Part shown: piece after piece, positions 49,301 to 61,492 of the stretch | Layout of the letters: every line of letters begins with the position of its first letter | How positions within the stretch are numbered: the first letter of the stretch is position 1 | Source of the DNA: Takakia lepidozioides | Taxonomy: Eukaryota; Plantae; Bryophyta | Length of the DNA: 64,000 nucleotides | Direction of reading: 5' to 3' | Assembly: GCA_030704615.1 (NCBI GenBank) | Contig: CM060732.1 | Location: 55,800,001 to 55,864,000 of the forward strand | Position numbers and translations under genes: made by a program | The notes under the pieces: model-generated | What the model was told of the DNA's origin: nothing | What the model saw: only the letters and a program-made list of their open reading frames with translations | Databases searched by the model: none

Positions 49301-49626
49301 TCTATGACCAAGCTCCCGACAGCATGCGTAGCCTGGGAACCGCCCTCTATCTAAGCGCAGTTGGAGTCGGCTTCTTCTGGAGTACAGCATTGACCAAGAG
49401 TGTTGTGAAGATTACAGGGCGGTCTGGTCACCAGAGTTGGATCGTGAACAACATCAACAGATGCCGCCTAGACCACATGTACTGGCTGACTGCTGTGTTG
49501 ATGGCCTTGAATTTCTGTACATTTTTGGTGTTAGCCCACTGGTATAAGTACAAGGTGGTGGAGAGTGCCATTGAAATTACTGGCGAATCTGGTAATCTCG
49601 ACAAAGACATTGTGTCTAATCACTAA
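46301..49626 (+). pseudogene. NPF: NRT1/PTR family (NPF, probably NPF5-like) transporter pseudogene, 5 exons
   Basis: Exons ~46301-46523, 46683-46900, 47585-48151, 48473-48923 and 49171-49626 with GT-AG introns. Motifs ETMER (ExxER), KPNISTLGADQFD, SFFNWW, WRLCTVMQVEEVK and EFFYDQAPDSMRS. Frameshift at ~47618 and in-frame TAG at 49231-49233. Confidence 0.88.
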
Positions 49627-49698
49627 TCACCAAACATAGTCATCATCCTAGATATGGGAGCCGGGCTTCTCTTCCTCTGGACAATATAGCTGCATCGG

Positions 49699-52600
49699 TG
49701 TTGAACGTAAATGAATACTCACTAGAATAGAAAGGCAGAACAGTAGACCAGTTGAAAGAAACGGAGCAACGACATGCTCAAACGATGCTCATACAAGGTT
49801 GCAAGATAGAGAGTACACACGAGCATATATCTAACTACACCATATCAGAGAGATGCCATAGCCAGTTAGGTGGGAACACATTTAGGCGGAAACAGTTTGA
49901 ATCCTATGATCTGGCATACTAATTCATTTATGTGTCCAACGAATCATTCATCGTATACACAATGAAATTCAATACTTCCACTCATTGTGGATGCACCAAC
50001 TCATGATCAAAGAAAAATTGATCAATGTAACGTGAACGTTCCACTCATTGATCGCAGGTAAGCCCAAGCAGAAAACGAAAACGATTGAACTTGTCTGCTG
50101 GTAGAGCTTTTGTAAGGATATCTCATGAGTGCCAATGTACGACAGTTGAACCAAGCGACGGATCTGAAAATCATGAATCATGTGATAACGTATGTCGATA
50201 TGCTTGGTTCGACGATGGTACTCGGGGTTGTACACAAGCCTTATAGCACTTTGGTTATCACAAAAAATCATGGTAGGAGCAGTCTGTGGAAACCCAATGT
50301 CCTCCAACAGTCTCCTCGGCCACACAACTTCCTTTGATGTCAGTGATGCAGCGACATATTCTGCTTCAGTAGTCGATCCAGCTACACATGCCTGCTTACG
50401 GCTAATCCAAGTACCTGGTGCTCCGTTCAAAAAACAAGGCACCCACTTCTCGACTTCCGGTCATCGACATCTCATGCAAAATCAGCATCTGCGTATGCCA
50501 TCAAAGTGTTCTCCTTATCCCCAGCAACATAACATAACTTGAAATGGGATGTACCTCGCAGATACTTCATGATCCTTCTGACAGCATTGCAATGTACATG
50601 CTTCGGCTTGGTACATATTTTGCAACTGTTCCCACAGCAAATGCGATATCAGGACAACTCCCTAGCATTGCAAACATGATGCTCCCAACAATCTCAGAAA
50701 ATAGAAAATCTGGTTCTTCATTTTCAAGATGAGCATCCAAGTTCAATTGCACATTGGTGTAGAGGCAGTGTTGGCTGTATCAAAACCATATTTCACAAGT
50801 ATGCGCAAAATATACTGAGTTTGATCAATGAAGATCATCCTCTGTTCACGGTTTCAGGTGATATGCAGCCCAACATAACAATCCGTTGCTCCTGCTGTAA
50901 CCTCAAAAACCTTGTTGAGATGATCAACCACATGATCCAGCCTCTGTTTATCTTTGCAACCTCCAAGCCCATCATCCACAAAGATGGCAATTGCAAGCAC
51001 AGGGGGCTTCTTGTTATTGATGTACACACAAGGATCTGCTGTCGTAGACAGCAGGTCATACTGGATAAGAAACTCATTGAACTTGGTGTTCCAGGCACGA
51101 CTTGCTTGCTTCAGCCCATAGATATTTTTGAGCAGTCGACACACGAAGCCTGGGTTCTTTTTGTCCTCAAAACCCCGTGGCTGTTCCATATAAATTTCTT
51201 CCTCCAAATCCCCATGCAGAAAAGCTGTTTTCACATCGAACTGTAGCAGTTCTATATTTTCCACTGCAACTATCGATAAAAGTGTCATGATGGAGTCAAA
51301 CTTGGCAATAGGTGAAAAACTTTGCTCATAGTCAATCCCATATTCCTGAGAATATCCTTTAGCAACCACCCGAGCCTTGAAGCGGTCAATGCTCCCATCA
51401 GATTTACATTTCACCTTATATATCCATTTGCTCTTCACAGCCTTTCTTCCTTTGGGCAACTCACATAATTCCCATGAGCATTCTTCATCAGGGATTGATA
51501 CTCATCTGTCATTGCCTTATCCCACTCTTATCTGTGGTCAGAAGCAATTGCTTGGTCATAGTTCTGAGGTTCCTCCATTAATTGTTGTACTGCACATCCA
51601 ATGGAAGTATATGTCCCTAGCTGGGCTACCCAGTCACCAAAACGATTTGGGGGTCCACGTGACCGTTTTCCAGGTACCTTAGTATCGATCTTTTCATGCT
51701 TATGATGACTATTCTCCTCTCGATAAAAAAAAAAAAAAGAACTTCCACTGCTCCCACTGTCTGCATCAACATGATCTTGAGCGATTCCGAGATCAACAAC
51801 CAACTTGACGGATGTCTCGGTTGCCTGTGAAACAAAGTCGGGTGTAGGCACCATAGGTCCTTGCAATACCTGTTGTGCTGACCCCTCAACTTGCTGGGGT
51901 ACATCTTCAATGAGATGTAAAATTTGCATTGACTGCTGTTGTGATACTGCAGCTTCTGTATGGACATGTGTGTCCTCATGAGAGATAACATCCCTGCTAA
52001 TAATAACCTTCTTCTTCACTCTGTCCCAGAGGCAGTACACTTTGTTTTCAGCATTGTATCCAAGAAAAATACATTCGCTGCTCTTAGAGTCCAATTTGCT
52101 TCGAAGCTACTTTGGAATGTGCACATAAGCATCACTTCCAAAAACACGCATGTGTGCTACATCAGGCTTTCGGTTGCACCATGCTTGTAACAGAGTTATC
52201 CCCTCTAGGGTTCGTGAGCCAGTTCGGTTAAGAACATAAACTACAGTCTGAACAGCCTCTCCCCAAAATTTCAAAGAAATATTTCGACCATGAATCATGC
52301 ACCTAACACTCTCAATAAGTGTCATATTCTCTATCTCTGCTACTCCATTTTGCTCGGGAGTATGGGAGTATAAGGTGAAGTAAGTTCATGTTTAACGCCT
52401 TCTTGGTTAAGGAAAGATTTTACCACATTTCCAGTGTACTCTCCTCCTCTATCACTCCTTAGTTTGAGAATCTTGTTGCCTATTTCCCTCATTGACTCAG
52501 CTATCATCTTCTTGAGACAAGAAAGAACCTCAGATTTCTTTTTAATACAGTACACCAACGTGTATCCACTGTAGTCATCCTTGAACAACACAAAGTATAA

Positions 52601-54075
52601 GGCTCCTCCTACCGAAGCTACACTCATGGGACTGCACATATCTGTGTGATAGAATTGTCCGTGCTTCTCAGTTCTATGTCGCTCATGAGTTATAGGAAAA
52701 GATTGCCTATGTTTCTTCCCATGTGCACATCCAACACAGAAAAAATCATCGGAGTCTTGGTCTGTAAACTTCAAACCAGTAACCAAACCTTCCCTCTCCA
52801 TTTTCTTAATCATATAAAAATGGACATGACCCAAACGTTCATGCCATCTTTTGATAGTACCTCTTCTAGTGTCAGTAGATGCACTGGTGATTGCATTGGC
52901 TTGTCTTTCGGGTACATCGACCTTGAATTGCATTCTCCAGAGTTGGCCATCTTTGATTCCAACCATCACTAACTTGCCTTTCTTTGAATACATGCGGCAA
53001 CAGTCTTTGTCATAGATAGCAACAACTCCCTTATTGGTCAGTTGTCCCATAGACATCAAATTCTTACGTAAATCTGGAACATAAAGTGCATTTTGGATGA
53101 TCCCTTTCTGCCAAACACCGTTAACTAGGGACTGGATTTCGATATTTCCAACTCCAGCAACCCAAACTGTTGTATCCGTAGCCACTCGAACACCCCATAC
53201 TCCTTTCTTGATAGGCTTAAGATCTCGGAACCAATACTTCTTGTCGGTCATATGTTGCAATGCGGCTATGTCTGCATACCATGCATCTTCACTTGTTGTG
53301 ATGTGTGCGTAACAAGCTTGACTCTCCAAACTGAGTGGTATGAGTACTTGAGGATCCTTATCAAGCTTGTGTGACTGACTGAAAACAGATCCATCAAGAA
53401 TCTGATCTATGATGACAAACACAAAAGAATCATCACTATCTTCACTCATATTGCTCTAGTATTGCTAGCCTCTCCAACCTTGTTAGCATCAATTTCATGT
53501 TCTACATTCGTATCAGTATTGGCCGATAATGGACGTTCGCTCTTGTCACGAACCTCAAGCTCTTTCTTTTGCTCAGGAACTTCATGATCAACAACCATGA
53601 ATGCATCTGCTTCTGTCACATAACTAGCCTGACTTCTGTTACTCTGACCTCTCTCATTCTTCTTAGAATGTGGACATTCTTTGTATCAATGTCTTTCCTC
53701 ACCACAACCATGAAATGTTGTTTTCTTCTTCAGCTCAGTGATTCTTTGTGCTCTCTCCTTGCGTTGCTCTGGTGTGAGGTTTTTCTTCTGGTTCTGTTTT
53801 CCACTACCACCATATTTCCCAACAAAGAATGCCTTGTCTCTCTCCTGGTCAAAGAATGACTGATCATCTGCTCTGCTCTTGATTGTTGTCTCTCTCTTTA
53901 GAAGTCTAGCAAGAAATGATTTCAGTGTTTGCTCTGCAGCAGGTACACTGTCCCAGGCTAGCAACAATGGATCATCACTGGGTGGTAATCCGACCTTAAT
54001 CTTGGTAAGCAATTGTCTCTCACTAATGCTCTCTCCTAGGTCGTTTAACTTTCTTCTTAGAGCGGAGATGGTACT
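49699..54075 (-). mobile_element. Ty1/copia LTR retrotransposon, degenerate, 5'-truncated within gag
   Basis: Minus-strand gag, protease (WYADIAALQHMT), GAG-pre-integrase (WHERLGH), integrase (LRSDRGGEY), RT (FKARVVAKGYSQ, IYGLKQ, FVDD) and RNase H (STTEAEYVA, FCDNQSAI, RTKHIDIRYH). PPT ~49975-49987 and a single LTR ~49699-49974. Confidence 0.92.
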
Positions 54076-54457
54076 GGTGTGCCCTATATATATAGATATA
54101 TATAAAAATAGAACACAAGCACATGCAACTTAGGTGTTGCTTATTTTCGAGTTATTGTTTATTAATAATGAGGGTTGTAAGAGATCGTATGGTGGTAAGG
54201 TGGATATCTTTGAAATTGCAGTGATAGGATTTTTGTTTTTTTTTTGTCATGGTTTGGTTTGTGATTAGTTAGAAATAATTATTTCTAGCTAATTAAGACA
54301 TTATATATTTATATTTGATATTTTGTTGGCATTGGGACTTCATTTGGTTTCATGTGTCAAGTGAGGTGACAAACCTGTAAATCTCTAAGAGACTTTATCA
54401 AATGGTACATTCCCTTGAATTCAACCCGGGATTCTACATCGAACAAACAGTGAAGCC

Positions 54458-54717
54458 ATCCGGAAGTAGATGGAAATAACTTGGTGGAGGTTTCAAGGCA
54501 CAAATGACAATTTGAGGCAACCCTGGGCGCACATCGATAGTTTGGCCTACCCATTTCATCGATAGTCAAGATTAGCGACGTAGCTCTATCCGGAAGTAGA
54601 TGGAAACAACTTGGTGGAGGTTTCAAGGCACAAATGACAATTTGAGGCAACCCTGGTCGCACATCGATAGTTTCGCCTACCCATTTCATCGGTAGTCAAG
54701 ATTAGCGACGTAGCTCT
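54458..54717. repeat. Near-perfect 130-bp tandem duplication
   Basis: atccggaagtagatggaaa...gcgacgtagctct at 54458-54587 and 54588-54717. Confidence 0.92.
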
Positions 54718-57700
54718 AGAACTCCTGCAGGTTCTCACAACCTTTTGTAATGACCCACATCACACCTCTCACAACTCTGCATGCATAAAATTGGTGATTG
54801 TACGGCACACCATATGTACGTCTTCCTGATTAAGCACGCTAGCTCAACAATCTAGTTTCTTCTTCAACCTTGTGAGGATCCCCTTCTGATAGCTGTTTGA
54901 TTTAAAACTTTCGGACGATCTCCTTCAGGCCTAGTGTTTGCATAAAATTCCCTTTACAAGACGGTATTCTCCTCCCCTCCCATAATCACTTCGTGCACTG
55001 CGCTTCTCTCACCAGTAATCCCGACACAAGCAAATTACCTGGTCAATGCGACATCCGACAACTTGGTGGCAATGTGCCAGACTACACACCCTGAGGCTCT
55101 TGATGATGCAGGTAGGCGTACGTGGGGGTGTCTTGATCAGCCCCACAGCAACTGCCAGCTCCTCACTGTGTTAGCAAAAGAGAAAACGTTTTTGCTCCTT
55201 TTACACCGTCTCGCTTCAAGACTGTTTTGTTGAATATGCGAGCTAAGTATTGGTTGCAGGGCCTGCCCAACAAACCCATGCTCACTCCTAAGCTTGTTCT
55301 GCGATATGTAGAAACTAGAAACCAACCCACTGCTCGGGAACAGAGTACGTCATAACCGTTCCCACATATAGTACCTTTCTCCCTCTCTCTCATCCCTCAG
55401 GGTGAAGGTGATCGAAAAGAAACCACAGCTGTGTGTCTCACATCTAGAATCAACCCTATTCTTCTCACCCTGAGGAACTATGGGCACCATCTATGACGTA
55501 CTTGCCTAGATATAATCTATATAATCTGCCTCTTGATCAATGACTTCCGGGGAATGAAGAGATATTCAGCAGATTCCGATGGAGGAGACGGGGCCTTGCA
55601 TGTGGCCTCTGCCTGTGATCTTAAATGAGCTGTGAAGGCTGCCTCCATCCACGAATATAGAGGAACACTAATTATGATAGAAATTCGTTGTTGATTTAGG
55701 ACTCAGAGTTATTCAATAGATTATGTTGCTTCTCTGGAGAAGTAAACCCCAGGAGTGTTGAGTTTGTTGCTCCCTTCTATTCTTGTTTCATAGCTCACAT
55801 TGCAAGCCCTTGTAGCAGACGGTATGAGGGGTTGACAGACTTGCTAGATGTGGTGTTGCAGCTGCTGCACACAGGTGGGCTGCAAGATGGGGATGCTAGC
55901 GTGTCTTTCTGGAAGCCTACACTAGCTCAGCAACGACTCAGGAATAGTACACTAGTGATGTAATTAGTGCTTTGATTAGTTTGTGAATTGATGCCGGCGG
56001 TTGATGCAATCCGGCAGGCGCACAGTTAGTTATTAGAAAAAGTCTTTGTAATCTATTTAATCTTCACTTATGATGAAGATGAGAACGGTAGAACAGGTAA
56101 TGGTTTTTCCAATATGTAGCCAGAGCTATCAATGTGCTGCTCGTTTAACGCGCGAAACTTCAACTTGTATAGTTCCCCAGCATCCTGCGTACCATCACGT
56201 CTTCTTTCCCTTCCCGTCTTTTTCCTTATATGCGCACCTTTGCAAACCCAATGTCTCACTGAAGTCTTCCACAATGAGGATCAGAAATGCTTGGCAGCTT
56301 ACCTCCACGAGGCCTTCTCCCTTAGACAATCACTAGCTGAGCAATAGTTTTATTTTTGGCTCTGGTTTTGTTTCCTCTCTCATGTTTTCTTCCCTTTTTG
56401 TCCCATAAGCTCTATGAGCTTTCCGCGGACGTTATAAAGCACTATTTCATTTCATTTCATTTCAAACCATCCTCGCTATGAGGTTTTGGAGCGTGCCACG
56501 AGAGTAGACCCCGTAGTGTACTTCGTCAACGAAACTGGTATCGAAATCGATTTTGATTAAGAGTTTATAGTTGCGGTGCTCACCAGATACCATGCACACA
56601 GTGGCGGAGTTCAAGAAGATTTGAACAGGATTTGATTGTTGGAAGATTTCTATCCCGAATTTCCTCTAGTTGATGCCGGCGTCCACCGAACTTTCACCAG
56701 GGATGTGTACTGACTGTAGAATTGGTGGACCTTAGAAGTAACTTTCGAATTTGGAATTAAAATCCTAAACACGTCATGAGTGTTATAGTTACGGTTAGTA
56801 CCCTATCCGTAACAAAACTCATGACTTCGCCAACCACCTCCCACATGTTACAGCCGAGTAGATCACGTGACATCTTCTGCCCGCTTGCTGAGCTGCAGAA
56901 ACAAAGAGCACAGTTGCACAGAGGAGGACCTGTATTATTTAAGCTTAGCTAGTGCACAACAGATGACCACATGTGTCTAGAAACACCAATGCTGTACAGA
57001 TGATCTGCTGACCAGTGCATTCTGAGGATGCGAGGGTGAAGGGGTTGATGAGGCTGTGTCCTTTCGAGATAAGATCGGCGCTGCGATTTGTGCACTCACT
57101 GATGCCTTTCTTTTGTTAAGGGAATCTCAATTGATGTCAGTACACCTGCAGGCGTTGCAGGAATTCACATGATTGTCCATTGATCTACACTTACGTTACA
57201 CTGGTCCATGGAAAATTTGTCCTCTTATAACTGGCCTTGCTGTGTTGTTTAGAGTGACTTACCAAGCTGCCTATCTATTACATCATGCATCTTAAAGACC
57301 TAGATTCAGTCTAGATTCAAGATTTTTGTACTCTCGGATCTTTTTGTTATGAGACTAACCTCCTCGTGGTTTTCTAAGAGGACAAACGAACAAAAATTGT
57401 ACACTACGACTGAGCTACCATGCCCCCACCACGGAGACGTGAGTTCATCGTCGCATGAATGATCTACAGCCATCCAATTCATTTCAAAAATTTAACCCCA
57501 AATAGATCTCATTCCAACCCGAACTTGTTTGAGGGCATGGTTCAAGTTTCTTCTCCGAAACAGATCAGTGTCGTCCTCAGGACAAGAAATGAGACGATGC
57601 GCCACTAGGATTTAAAAGAGCAAGAGCTTGATTTTCTGCAGCACAATGCCTTAAGTAGCAGTATTGGATATTGAAGTCCTTGACGTTCTTGTAAGGGTCC

Positions 57701-59441
57701 AGAGGCAGTCACGGAGAGATGAACAATGATGTGGGCAGTCCTGAGCACTCTAGCTGATAGCCCGCGTGGAAATGCAATATCAGAGATTCCCGGGTAGGGG
57801 ACGAATTCTCAACCAAGCAGTCGAATTTGTTTTGCACTACCCGGAATCAAATCTACTTCAGAGGTATGTCGTGGCGGCCTAAGTTCCCGGATGGGCATTG
57901 GAAGGTTCTCAAAACCTTTTCGAATTTGGCAGTGGATGACGAGGGTACCAGACACTCATGGAGAGCTTGCCTGAGATTGCATCCTACCTACTAGTCCTCT
58001 TCATGTGCCTGCCAAATAGTGCCACGGTCCTTCACCGCTCCGTCCGGCTACAATCCTATCACCCACAACCTAGATGAATGTGGCTGCAATATTGACCTCA
58101 AGAACCAATCAAATTTCTGTGTTTGTCTCGAATCGACTTAATTAAGTTTACTCACGTTTGGACCTTGTTAAGTGTTGGTTATGTGCTGGTTTTAGAATAC
58201 ATCCGATAATGGTAGTTATTAAAGCGAAGCTAGAGAACGGAACAAATGCTAGATAGCTGGGGTTCACTACGATTGATGCGGAACCTGCAGCTAGAAGCTG
58301 GGATCCATGCACCTGAGAATATCATGTTTTACAGAAGTGACGACAATTGAGGTAGAGTTTGACTCATTAATCTTGTGCTGTGAAAGCCGTAGCTCCGGAG
58401 CAAAGGTGACAGCCTTCCTACTCGACCAAGGACTGGTATAGTTCAGAAATCTGCACAGGCGAGTAGATGAATGGCTAGAAAGGAGAGAGGAGGACCATCC
58501 ATGATTGTGATATTCGATGTAGCTAATGACTCACCCATCATGAGCTTATCATAGTACCTCACGCAGTCTGGCTGTAAGAGGGAATGAGAAGGAGCTGGTC
58601 ACTGATTTGGGTTGGAGGCTCGTAATTAGAGGTCACTGATCAGCTTCAAATAGATCCAGCTGACTGTAAGTGATGACGTACATGTGTTCATACACTGTCA
58701 TATACAGATCACTACCTGATCGTAGGCCCTGCAAGACTGATCTTGAGAAGCCAGAACTTTAATTTCGATTACTTCATCTAATCTGCATCTGTACCGGCAC
58801 GCAGAGACGAAATTCCAAGGTCCTTGGGTCCGATCCCGAGTTCAGTTGGGACCTCCCAACTCATGCCTGCGGCTCTAAGGGCTCATAATGAGCTCTAGCC
58901 GATCCTGGCGACGGAGACGGCTCACAGGCCGATGGCGACTGTGAAAGATGGCTCGATCCGGCATCTGGAGATCAATCATTCGGCCGCAGCTAGCCATGAT
59001 GGCGATACGTGTGGCCTGTGCGGTTGCACACCAACTGCAGCAGCCGTCCGGACGCAGAAGACGGCCCGCGTGGCGCACCCGTCCAAGCCAACGGGACGGC
59101 GCGCCGGAATGATGCCTCCGACCCACCCCCTCCTCCCTGCCCCTCCCCACATCCCCTCGGTACGAACTCAGCGATGAACGATCTTTATTTATTTATTTTT
59201 CTTGGAAAAAACGATCTCTTACCCAATGAAATAGGAGATTAGCCATTAATTACTCTAGATAATTTGGATATAGCCCATTGCCACAAGCCTGAAAAAATCC
59301 ATAATTATTCTATAGCTTACACTTGAGAAGCCGTCTGGAAGAAAATTAAAAGGGTTGAGGCTGAAGGCGCGGCCAAGACCACTTAGTTCGCAACCTCCAC
59401 CCGCGGAGAGAGGAAACCGCGCAATCAGGTTCATCGTCGGG

Positions 59442-59573
59442 CCACATTTTCAAACTCTACCTGACTTGACTTGTCCACATTTTCAAACTCTACCTGACTT
59501 GACTTGTCCACATTTTCAAACTCTACCTGACTTGACTTGTTCACATTTTCAAACTCTACCTGACTTGATTTGT
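59442..59573. repeat. 33-bp minisatellite, 4 copies
   Basis: (ccacattttcaaactctacctgacttgacttgt)x4, with two substitutions in the last copy. Confidence 0.95.
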
Positions 59574-60089
59574 CTGGAGACAAGTAAGTGTGTGACAGAT
59601 CAATCATCTGTTTTATGCGCTTTCAATTTAGGAAGGATATGACGGAGCGCGCATGGTGAAGTGCCAAGGCTTCCGAGTCCGGGCTAAAATGAAAAATATT
59701 GGTTGCGAAAAGTTGACAAGTTTCTTTTTTTTATTTTTCGCTTTCTTGGGTGCCAAGCAAATCAAGAGCTGGCTACTACGTCCTGTTATGCTCCTCACTT
59801 AACTACAAAAGCAGAGTGCATAATTAGAGACCATGCCATTCTTAACATTCTCGGGCTCTTTTGTTTTGTTTTTTCCTTTCTTTTTAATTTTTTAAACTCA
59901 GTATTTTTCTCGGTCTTGCTGATTGTAGTGTAAAGCCAAGATGACGAAGAAAATGGCCCCGACCAATAGGATTATTGTACTTTTAAGTGTCTGGGAACTG
60001 TAGTGCTAATTTTCATCCATGGCATCCATCCGGTCCCAAAAAGTAATGCTGACGATACAGGACAAGAGTGAGTGGGGCAAGAGGGGGGG

Positions 60090-60095
60090 TATAAA
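60090..60095 (+). promoter_or_regulatory. Candidate TATA box for the downstream NPF gene
   Basis: TATAAA in a G-rich context, followed by leader-like sequence ~1.4 kb upstream of the ATG. This would imply a 5'-UTR intron. Confidence 0.35.
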
Positions 60096-61492
60096 GCAGC
60101 AGGCGGTTATGGCCAACTGTTGTTAGTCACGAGTCGCCCTGCAGGCTGCCCAGCTCCACATCCCGCACCCTCAAGATCTCTCGATCTTGTGTTGGTGTAT
60201 AGCAGTTGCTTGCCGGGACGGTGGTAGGTCGGATGCAGCTCAGGATCTGCGGGTTTTCTAGATTTTCATGATTGAGCGAGCTTCACAGTTGAGGCATTTA
60301 TTTGTTGTCGGTTAACTTACGTCAATTCGACAGCTTCATGTCTAGTCACTAAGATTACTTGGTATATAGGGGGGAAGGAGATCATCGCCTGAGCTAGATC
60401 TCTCTGTTCAACTTCTTTCTTTGTTCTTTCATTCTCTGCCGACTCACTAAACTTGTCAAACTCTCTCTTACACACAGGCCAAGCTAATAAGTTCAATGGA
60501 TTCAGAGTGCACACGTTCTCGGTAAATCTTATTTTTCGTCTAGGTTTCATCTCTCACATCGTAATAAGCCCGAGGCTGGTTGTGCTCACAACTCATGGTG
60601 CGTGTTTCTTGGTCTCTTTCACTCTGTGTTTCTATGAATTATACTAGACACTCGAAGAAATCAACATGCACGGATATTGATCTTACGTCGAGCTCTACTT
60701 CTAGTGGATAATTTGTAGTTACTAAATGTGAAGTCTTAGATTCCCCTCTTGGGGGCATTGTGCATCGAGCTGAAGATTTATGCAGAGAAACGGCTCCTAG
60801 CTAGACTACTACGCATTTGCAGATGATCGGGACGTCGATGCATATTCGATCTTCAGAGTTGTGTCTCGGCAACTTACTTCGTGATCTCGTCTAGTTATTT
60901 TCATTGACTGTCAGATATATATCACCCGAGTCTTCGACCAGCAGCCTGGACGTGTATCTTAGTTACATTCGATACTGTTTATGTAGATTGAAAATTTAGC
61001 TTGCTAATTGAAAACACCCCCAACTATCTCAGGTCTTGGAATTTTTATTCAAGTCTTAAGCACTAAGCAGTTCAACCTGAACTGCAAGATCTTGACATGC
61101 TTCTAGATTCAATCAGTTCTCATTGGCTATTACTAAAAGTTCTTGATTTGACGAGGTTTTAAGCCAATTATATGGTTAGTAGTAAAAACATTCATAGGCG
61201 TTCTCATGTCAGTTAGCTGCATCCATGAAGCATCCATGCTAGTCGAGGGGCCCAGTCGGATGGCTTGGCCAAAGCGTACAAGACTGTGGTCTTCTCTTGG
61301 AATTTTGACCTTCCCCCTTCCCTTCTTGGCTGTAAAACTAGATATAGGGACTTCAACTCAATTAAATTTGGACTACAAACTAGGAACGGAAGTATCACCC
61401 TTAGGCCTTTAGTCTGCACGTACAACTAGGTCACTGCTCTCCAGACTCACATATTCAGAGTTCTGTGAGTCTACCAGGAACCGTCCAAGGAA

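Noticed and set aside
50125-54133. Plus-strand ORFs over the copia element
   Set aside because: They are antisense shadows of the minus-strand pol/gag frames.
58875-59242. Short GC-rich ORFs as genes
   Set aside because: They are overlapping ORFs on both strands in a GC-rich patch with no domain signal.
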